From Prasinococcaceae sp. CCMP 1430 (Eukaryota > Plantae > Prasinodermophyta), in the NCBI GenBank assembly GCA_013416795.1, contig RQSC01000005.1, forward strand, positions 163,878-192,521: a DNA stretch of 28,644 bases, written 5' to 3'. The first letter of the stretch is position 1, and each line of letters starts with the position of its first letter. This document shows, in pieces, positions 1-7,876 of the stretch. Position numbers and translations under genes: made by a program. The notes under the pieces are model-generated. The model was given only the letters and a program-made list of their open reading frames with translations. It was not told the origin of the DNA and did not search any database.

Positions 1-242
1 GCTGCGGCGGCGCGTCCCGCTGGCCCGCCGCCCGCGCGCGCGCGCACTCAGCGGCGCGCTGATGAGACGCTCATCCTCGCTCCGCACGTCCCCTCGAGAG
101 CGAAACCCGATCGGTGGGTGCCCCTTCGTTTTGCCAGTGGCGAAGAGGCACCGACGATTCCCATCAAAATGGAGACCCTGTCACCCTGACCTGAATTGCG
201 GAGCGTGCTTGACGCTGGCAGCGATGGGGTCGAGATCGAGGG

Positions 243-1914
243 TCACAGGGGCCGCTCCTCCGCGCCGAGCCGGCTGGCCCACAGGAACGTGTTCTGGAGG
301 CGGGTGCGCAGCCCCTGTCAGCGCGAGCGACGTGTCTCTCCGAAGGCGCGCAGGCGTCCGAGTGTGCGTGCGCGTGCGTGAGTGTGTGCGCGCGCGTGCG
401 CGTGCGCGCGCACCTGGTAGCCGTGCGCCTGCACCTCAACAATGTCCATCGACTTGTCGTCTGCGACCATGCCAGCGAGGAGGTGTTCAGACCATCGTCC
501 GAACCTCTCCTTCAGGTGGTGCCTCGGAGGGCCTCGCCACGTGCTGGCTTTCACATTGCGGGAGACCCACTTGCCGCGTGCCGTAACTTCGCGAGCGGCA
601 AACGTGTGCTCACCGATGGTGAACGTGCGGCCGCGCGCGTCGTCGGCCTGTGCGGCCGGGAGGCAGCAGGGCTTGAGCGCGAGGGCGAGGGCGGTGTCCG
701 GGCAGCTGGCGCGCGCGTGCGCGTGAGTGTTGGCGGGGGTGTCGCGTTGCGTGTCAGTCGCGTCACGAGCGCGCGCACGCACGCACGCAAGCGATGCGCG
801 CGGCGTGCGATAGGCGCACGCACTTGTTGAACAGATCAACCGCCCGCAGCGCGAGCGTGCCGCACAGGTGCACGCCGAGGATGAGTGTGGGTGCGGCCCC
901 GCACACGCGCTCGCCGAGGTCCCGCAGCTGCCTTCGCTTCTTGAGATTCTTCTTGGTGATGTCCAGCCGAATCGGGTAAGCGCCGCGCACGGGTTGCAGG
1001 CCCCTTCCGCCGCTGCCACTGCCTCCTCCCCCCGCGCCTTCCGCGCCATCCGCGGGGTCGGCGTTGTACGCCTCGCCTGTCTGCGGGTTGCTGCCTGTGA
1101 TGTGCTCGATGGAGATGTGTTGAGGGCCCGGCGCTGCGTGCATCGGCGGGAAGGCCGAGTCGACGAGCACGATGCGCGACACGCGCGACGCGGGCAGCAT
1201 TTCCGACAGAAACATGGCGAGGTAGCCCTTGCCGCTAGCGAGGTCGAGCACCTGGAGCTTGCCCCGTCCCGCCAGCTCCGGGTCTGCGGCAGCGGCCTCG
1301 ACCGCCTGCGCGCAGCGCCGCAGCACGGGCAGGTACTCGCACAGCTCCTTGAGCATCTTGGTGCCGCCGCGCTTGTCGCGCTTGGTGAGCCGGCGCCAGA
1401 GCGCGCTATCACCGGCGTAGCGCGCGCGCCAGGCGACGATGGCGCGGACGCCGGCGTCGATCTCAGCCGCGTACTCTTCGCGCACCTCGACAGAGAGGAG
1501 AGACTGGGATTTGGGAGTGCGTGCATGTGTACATGGGTGCGGCACGCGTGCGTGTTAGCGATACAGCGTCGTGTGAGCGCCTCACGCGCAAAAGAGTACG
1601 CCCACACGCACCTCGAGCTCATCGTACATCCACTGCACATCGTATGGCTCAGCGCTGCCACTGCCCGCCGCCGTCGCACCGGCGGCACTGGCGTTACCAG
1701 CGGCGGCACGCGCTGCCGCGCTGGCGTGCTTGGGTGCCTTAGGGAGGCCTGCTGCGCGTCTCCTCGAGATGCCCCCCGCCGCCAAGATCGAGCACCTACT
1801 CGGGCGTGAGCTCGTGTGAGCAGGTGATGCTCGCGTTGAGCTGGTAGCGCCGAACCGCGCGGCGAGCGGCGCCACGCGGGGTGCGAGCGGTGTCCGCACA
1901 GCAAGCGCAGCCAT
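243..1914 (-). CDS. Class I SAM-dependent methyltransferase (Methyltransf_32/Trm13-like), probably organelle-targeted; complement(join(243..293,414..705,824..1503,1612..1914)), 441 aa
   Basis: Motif I VLDLASGKGYLAMFL, plus GVHLCGTLALRA and KPCCLP motifs. Three GT-AG introns (1504-1611, 706-823, 294-413) join the ORF pieces in frame, 1326 nt total. N-terminus is Ala/Arg/Ser-rich and transit-peptide-like. Confidence 0.8.
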
Positions 1915-2357
1915 CGTCGCCGCAGGCGCGCGCGCCCGTCGAGTGGCTCTGGCTACGCGCGAATTGTCGAGCGCAGTCCAAAGCTACGGTATGACTGAAC
2001 TGGAGGCGCGCGCTTGTCCGCGCGCGCTGTGGCGCACACGGGCGCCAGCGCCGTTGACGGTGCCAGTGGTCAGCGCCCGCGCCCACGCCCACGCCCACGC
2101 CAACGTCTACGCCCGCGCCGACCACGGCGACGGCCAAGGCACGTGCTTTGGGTACATCAAAACGCATCCTCCCAAAACCCCAAGTGAAAACGCATACATT
2201 TTGATGTGAGGTGAGGTAGAGGTCTACTGCAAGGGAAAAGTAAGTTCAAAAAACAACCTTCGCGAGGTAGGAAACACGCATCCCAGACAGTCGCCACGGC
2301 CGCGCAGCAGGCGCGGCCGCGAGGCTTGAGGCGCCACGTGTGAAGGGTTGGGCAGCG

Positions 2358-4303
2358 TCAGACCTCCGCCGTCGCGTCGGGAGCAGCAGCCACCTGCTCC
2401 GTGTCGCGTCTCGCGGCATGCCACAGGACGATGTACGACACTGGCACCTCCTGCTTGCACACGGGGCATGCCACGGCCTCCTCGCCGCCAACGGACCGCC
2501 GACGCGCCGCCATCGCCCACCCCGTGAGGCACGAGGCGTGCACCGCGTGGCGGCACGGCAGTATAATCGACCAACCCGCGTCAGGATCCGCCAAGGCATC
2601 GCCCTCTTCGCTCGCGCAGCCGTCGGTGTCGGCGGCAGCAGTGGCCGGCACTGACCCGTTCGGTTCTGTCCCGTCGGCGGCAGCGGCTGTTTCGGGGCTG
2701 CTGCGCTCGTCCGCACGTTCGTCCACTGGCACCAGACACACCGGACACTCCTCGTTGAAACACCGGGCGCGCGGGCGCGCTTCAACGACGGTCGCATCGC
2801 CGCCAGCGTTGTCATCAGCACCGGGCCCTGCGAGCAGGGCGGCGGTTGACGAATGGTTTCCTTCGCGCGCCGCCTTCAGAGCGCGCCCATCGGAGTCCCG
2901 CGCACCCTCGCTCAAAAGGAAAGCCACGAGGGGCTTGTGGCCGCCCATGCAGGCGAGCTCGAGCGGCGATTTAGTGTCCTCGCGACCCTCGCCTGTTGCG
3001 GTGTTAGCCGTCGGCCGTCCTTCAGCATCTGTCGCCGCCGCAGCAGTTACCACCACCGCGCGCGGTGACGGTGGGTCGGTACCAGGAGAGGGCTCGGTAC
3101 CATCTGCAGTGGTGCTGGCATTTGCCTCGCCGTTCTTCAGCCCATCAGTATCACTGGCAGCAGCAACGTCTATGGCCGGTGCCTCGGCATCGATGTCGGC
3201 CCCCCTCGCGATGACCAGGTACTGCGCCTCAGGGAGAAATCCCTTTGCGGCGCACAGGGCCAAGGCGGTGCTTGCATTCTCCATCTTGACGAGCCTGATA
3301 CGCTCCTTGCCGTCGGCGCCCCCCTCGGCAGCGAGGCGAGCGTAGATGCCGTCCGCACTAAAGTCGCTCAGCTCGCCACCGACGTGCTCGCTGAGCGCCT
3401 CGAGGCCCTCCGCTGTGCGAAGTGGCGCCGCCATCCCAGAGGGAAAAGTGCTGGACGCGAAAGAGAGCGACTCGCCGGCGGGATCGATGATGGGGTAGAC
3501 CCTCGCGCCTCGCCTGCCGCGCCGTGCTCGCGACGCCCGCCTGCGCTCCGCGCGTCGGCGCGCCCTGCGCTGCGCGCGTCGCTCGTGCATGCATTTCTGC
3601 GCGGAGATGAGGCGCGCACACCGATCCAATAAGGTTGGCAAATTTTAGTGGTCAGCCACTCTGTGGTGGGACACAGGGACAACGCGCACGACTTGCGGCG
3701 CATGCGGATTGTTTGAGCGCAACGTACCTTGAAGCACAGACATACGGCCGCGATGATAATAGGCCCGACGATGATTGCGACCACGATCACACCCGCCAGG
3801 CCGACGAAGCGCAGCCACTGGCTGTTCCCTCCGCAGCCGTCACAGCCCTGGCACTGCTTGTAGACGCACTTGTTATACGGCGCCTTGACGTTCGCGCACT
3901 CCGACCAGCAGTTGGTGCTGTGCGTCGGATCGGGTTCGGGGTCGGAGCTTGACTTGTTATGCTCGACGTCCGAGGCTGACGTGTTGACAGGAATGTGTTC
4001 GGGTGCCGGAGGCGTTGTGTGTTTGTTCGTAGGCCTGTAATGCCCGAACCGATGGAGTAGCGTCCGAGAAGTATGCGTCGCGGCAGCGGTGTGCACCATA
4101 CTGTCGGCGACATGTGGAATAGCATGCTCTGTGTGCAAATGCCCCGACGTAATTGCAAGGGTGCCGTTGCCATCTCGCCTGCTGCTGCTGCTGCTGCTGC
4201 TGCTACTACTATTGAAGTTGTGGGCACCCGGCCACGCATCGAGCGAGGCGTCCCTGATGCTCCTAGGCGCCAGCGCGAGGATCACCCACAGCGCTGCACT
4301 CAT
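2358..4303 (-). CDS. Single-pass membrane protein with Cys-rich ectodomain, ankyrin repeats and C-terminal RING-H2 (putative E3 ligase); complement(join(2358..3596,3728..4303)), 604 aa
   Basis: Hydrophobic N-terminus MSAALWVILALAP; TM segment LRFVGLAGVIVVAIIVGPIIIAAVCLCF. Intron 3597-3727 (AAG|GTACGT...CGCAG|AAA) fuses ORFs 3368..4336 and 2358..3641 in frame. Ankyrin-like TALALCAAKG..LV.RGADID and SPLELACMGGH..LV.FLL.EGA; RING-H2 CPVC...CRHAVHASC...CPVC. The ORF-track start at 4336 is a TTG; ATG 4303 is used here. Confidence 0.75.
4178..4209. repeat. (CTG)n/(CTA)n trinucleotide microsatellite encoding a poly-Ser tract
   Basis: ctgctgctgctgctgctgctgctgctactact; reads SSSSSSSSSS in the minus-strand ANK-RING gene. 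Confidence 0.85.
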
Positions 4304-4568
4304 GCCAAGTAGCTGTGCGCCGAGCAGCGCGCTCAATGGGGCGCGCCGCGCCTGGCGCGCCGCCAGGTGAGCCCGCTGGTAACCATGGCGCTCCCCCCCA
4401 GGTGGCGGCGCCGGCGCGAACGCGCCCGCGCGCGCCGCCCACCAACTGACGCGGCGGGCGACTCTGGTGGATCAAAAAGGTGGTGTCTTAGTAGGGAAGC
4501 GCTCCAGCGTACAGCCAGCTACAATCTTCCCGACCGATGGTACATCGCCGCACTCCTTTCTTTCCACC

Positions 4569-6650
4569 TCACATCACTGAGCAGCGGCAGGCGGGCGCAG
4601 CCGGGTCTGGTGCTACGCTCACCTGGGTGCGCTTCCCACCGTGGACTCTGTCCTCCGCGCTCGGCTGGTGCGCGCGGATCTCCACCCCCGCCTTGACGGC
4701 GGAGGGGAAAATGACTGCCGGCATGTGCACGTACGAAGTGAGCGCGTTGAGCTTCGACGAGAGCACGATCTGGGGGGTGTCGTCGCCCTCGGCCGCCAGC
4801 ACTTCGTCCAGGGCCTCCATGAGCGTAGCGTTCGCCGAGCGGCCACCCCGCATGCTGCCGCTGGTGCTGGAATCGTCCGTCAACGACAGCAGCACTTTGC
4901 TCATCCTGGCCCCCACAGAAATGCCGCGGCTCCGGGAACGAGCGGAGTCGTCGGCCATGTGCGGCAGCGCGGGCGGTTTCAGGTCGATGACCACCAGCGT
5001 CGTGTCGTCGCGCGGGCCGTTGGTTGACTTGACGGACTTGCGCAATAGGCGCTTCGCGCAGCGGTCGGCGCTCAGGTGCCGCCCGAGCTTGACCACGTCG
5101 TCGCCACCCATGGTATCCCAGAGCCCGTCCGAGGCGACGACCAGGCGGCCACCCGTGCAAGGCGAGAGAGCGGTCGCAAAGAAGTTAGGCTCGCACGGCA
5201 TGAAGCTCTTGTCCTCTGCGTGCCCCCACACGTCCCAGTCGCCAATAGAACGGCTGCAGCACATCCCGCCGGGCCACACCCTCAGCGGACCCTTCGGCCC
5301 GCCGCTCGGCCCCACCTGCATCTGTGCGACGCGCAGCCCGCCCGCCGCTTTCACGCGCGTCGACTCGGCGTCTTCGGGGACAGTGAAGTTGTGCTCCTCC
5401 GTCACCTGGACCACGCCCACCGCCGGACAGTGCAAAAATCGCGCGTCGTTGCTCTTGTCCTTGGTGGCGGCGATCGAGCGCAGCATCAACGTGGAGAAGT
5501 GTCCGCTTGCGAGGGTGTCGGTCACCGCTGTGTTCGGGCGCACGCCGCGAGAGGACTTGTCGAGGACTATTTGGTCCTCGATGCTGCTGGCAGAGCCGCC
5601 GTCGACGCTGTTTGCGTCGAGGTCCTCGTCTCTATTGCCTTTCCCTGTACTCTCATTATCTCCGTCGTACTCGCGACCACCGTCGACGATCGCGCGAGGC
5701 GAGGGCGGCGGGGTCCCGGGTCGGTCCGGGCAGTAGGTGTCGAAGTCCTCGGACGCGTCGGTGGTCATCGTGATCGTCGAACCTGTGGACCACACGCGCT
5801 TGGTGGTCACTCCGAGCCCCTGCGAATCGATTGATGTTTGCGCAGACATGTACTCGGTCTGGCTGAGCCGCACGTGCTCTCGCAGGACCTCGAGCGTGAG
5901 CTTCACTCCACAACCGCTGCCTTCGCCCTCCCCGTCGCCGCCGTCCGCCAGCGCGTCCTCGGGTATCGAGAAAGTGGCACCGTGAAGCGAGGTATCTAGA
6001 GACGGCGGCGGCGACGTGGTCGTGTGGGGGCTGTCCTCTTTCCTCTGCACGCTGCTGCTGGTGGTACTCGGCGCATCTGTTGGGGCAAATATGTCGGTGT
6101 CGAGGTAGCCTCTGCTGTCGCCCACGTTGCACACGAGGACGTTCCAGCCCTGGATCACGACGAGCGTGAGCGTGGAACCACCGCCCCAGCCGAGCGAGCA
6201 GTACTTGCGATGTAAGTACACGACCGCCTTGCGCACAGCCTCGCGGTCGGTGGGCGGCGCGCCCTTGCAGTGCGCCTCGAGCGCCTTCATCAAGTTCAGC
6301 CGCAGGAAGTCTGCGCACTTCCAGCCGTTGTGACCGTCAAAAATTGCGAACACGTGGAAGAGCCTCCTCGCGATGTCCTGTGCGGCCTCGGGGCTCTTTC
6401 TCGCTGTATTGGCGATGTGCGGCTTGACCTCCCACGCGCCGTCGGCGTTCTCCTCGAGCGCCACCTCGTACGCCCCATCGCCCGTTCCGGCGGAAGCGCC
6501 GGCGCTGGGGCTCGCACGGCGCGCGAGCATGAGCGGCATGAAAAGGAAGCGGTCCTCGCCTTTCAGGTTGGCCTGCCGGCACGACGCAAACACGTTCGGT
6601 TGCGTCTCTAGCATTTGGCGGGAGGCGACGTGCGCCCCGCCCACCGCCAT
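4569..6650 (-). CDS. PPM/PP2C Ser/Thr phosphatase resembling plant clade H, 693 aa from ATG 6650; 5' end may extend further
   Basis: Metal-binding and core motifs KGED, FAIFDGHNG, CNVGDSRG, LRVWPGGMCCSRSIGDWD, GGRLVVASDGLWD, GPRDDTTLVV. The upstream ORF part (6651-7184) starts at GTG and contains intron-like GT/GC repeats, so it is excluded. Confidence 0.88.
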   Translation of the reverse strand: MAVGGAHVASRQMLETQPNVFASCRQANLKGEDRFLFMPLMLARRASPSAGASAGTGDGAYEVALEENADGAWEVKPHIANTARKSPEAAQDIARRLFHVFAIFDGHNGWKCADFLRLNLMKALEAHCKGAPPTDREAVRKAVVYLHRKYCSLGWGGGSTLTLVVIQGWNVLVCNVGDSRGYLDTDIFAPTDAPSTTSSSVQRKEDSPHTTTSPPPSLDTSLHGATFSIPEDALADGGDGEGEGSGCGVKLTLEVLREHVRLSQTEYMSAQTSIDSQGLGVTTKRVWSTGSTITMTTDASEDFDTYCPDRPGTPPPSPRAIVDGGREYDGDNESTGKGNRDEDLDANSVDGGSASSIEDQIVLDKSSRGVRPNTAVTDTLASGHFSTLMLRSIAATKDKSNDARFLHCPAVGVVQVTEEHNFTVPEDAESTRVKAAGGLRVAQMQVGPSGGPKGPLRVWPGGMCCSRSIGDWDVWGHAEDKSFMPCEPNFFATALSPCTGGRLVVASDGLWDTMGGDDVVKLGRHLSADRCAKRLLRKSVKSTNGPRDDTTLVVIDLKPPALPHMADDSARSRSRGISVGARMSKVLLSLTDDSSTSGSMRGGRSANATLMEALDEVLAAEGDDTPQIVLSSKLNALTSYVHMPAVIFPSAVKAGVEIRAHQPSAEDRVHGGKRTQVSVAPDPAAPACRCSVM

Positions 6651-7199
6651 CACCGCTGGGCCCGCCGCCGATGCTGGCGGCGCCGCCGCTCGCAGACCCC
6701 AAGCGGTGCGCGCACGCGCGTTGGCCTCGCTGCTCTTCGCGCTCGCGCTGCAGGCGCGCGCCGCGGGCGGCGAGCTGCGCGCGTGGCGGGCAGGCGGCGT
6801 CGACGTGGTCGTCGAGGGAGGCGGCGGAACGAGCGGGGGCAATGGTGATGGTGACAGCGACGGGCCGGATGAGGTGCGCGCGCGCACGCACACGCAACCT
6901 GTGTGTGCACACGCTGACGCACGCACGTACGCGCACACGCGCACGCGAACGTGTGAGCGCTGACTGGCGGCGCGTGCATACGCGCACAGGACGCCGTCGA
7001 GGAGGTCCTCGTCGCCGTGTTTGCGCGCTCGCCGCCCGGTGCGCCTCCGGGGGCGCCGCCCGCGACGGCGCACCGCGCGCTCGCGCGGCGCACGCCGCGC
7101 GCAGTGGCGCCGCAGCCTCAGCGCTCCCCCGCCCCGCACGATGTTGCCACGCGCGCCCCGCACTTCCAACCTCCCTCTGCGCACCTGCTAAAGCTGGCC

Positions 7200-7332
7200 C
7201 CAATCGACCTGACGCCATCCCACCAAGAAAAGCTTAGACTGCTCAGCAAGCTCAGGTGTGTTTCTCGCCAACTATCTCAGTCAGCCCCAAGTCTGCCAGT
7301 CACCGCAGGCTCCAAATTCCAATCCGCCAATC
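7200..7332. promoter_or_regulatory. Cluster of three CCAATC boxes upstream of the PP2C gene
   Basis: CCAATC at 7200-7205, 7319-7324 and 7327-7332 in an AT-enriched intergenic stretch. The NF-Y function is inferred only. Confidence 0.35.
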
Positions 7333-7876
7333 ATTGCGCGGGCTCAAAACCATTGTCGCCTGGCGGCGACTGCGTTGGAGATCGCGGCAATGCATCAACA
7401 ATCGGAGTCAACGGTCCTTTTTTTTTTTTGCGGCGCGCGTTCGGATCGTGCGCCGCGTTTCTCCGCTGGGGCACGTGGTTGGGGGCGCGTGTCCTCCTCC
7501 CGACCGCTCAGGCGCCCAAGAGGGCCGGGGCGTCGCGCGACGGCGGCCGCACGACCGCCCAAAGGGGCCGAGACAGCACCCCAGAAAAAAAGTGAATGGC
7601 ATCGCCCGATCTGGCGGGTGGGTCCAGTTCGTAACGACGTTACGTGATTGCGCCCGTCTTTGGCAGCGCGGCGATGTGCATCTCCACGCTGCTGCGGCGC
7701 GGCCGGGAGGCGCGCGCGCCCTCGAGGACGCCATACGCTCGCTCGCCGAGGAGCTGGCAGGGCGGAGGCGATGGCGGGGCGCGGGCGCGCGTCAGACGCC
7801 GTCGCGAATGGCGCGCAGCTACGGGCGCGCTCGCGCACCCACGCGACAGACGCCGCGCCTGACCGCAGCAACGTAC

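Noticed and set aside
59-121. Hammerhead-ribozyme-like CTGATGA...CGAAAC spacing
   Set aside because: Stem II does not form in register after CUGAUGA (only G66-C101). The would-be cleavage triplet is GUG, which violates NUH. Stem I is absent, and GATGAG/CTCATC sequesters the core.
117-152. SECIS element (stem with AAAA in the loop after a TGA-ending gene)
   Set aside because: No UGAN/NGAN quartet at the stem base, the adenines are on the wrong side of the loop, and read-through past TGA 243 gives no protein-like sequence.
60-195. C/D-box snoRNA (TGATGA at 60, CTGA at 187 and 192)
   Set aside because: No terminal stem and no convincing rRNA-complementary guide that I could recognise.
868-1809. 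Long antisense or alternate-frame ORFs (also 4537..5736, 12238..13950, 26905..28263 and many others)
   Set aside because: They are shadows of real genes in GC-rich DNA where stops are rare; translations are Arg/Ala/Gly/Pro low-complexity with no family motifs.
7630-7644. Inverted repeat CGTAAC-GAC-GTTACG
   Set aside because: A single 6-bp IR with no second instance; compatible with chance.
7395-7876. Read-through C-terminus of the LRRC49 ORF to 7395
   Set aside because: It crosses a GTACGT donor, a CTGAC branch-like site and a T12 tract; it is more likely intron plus UTR. The true last exon could not be fixed.
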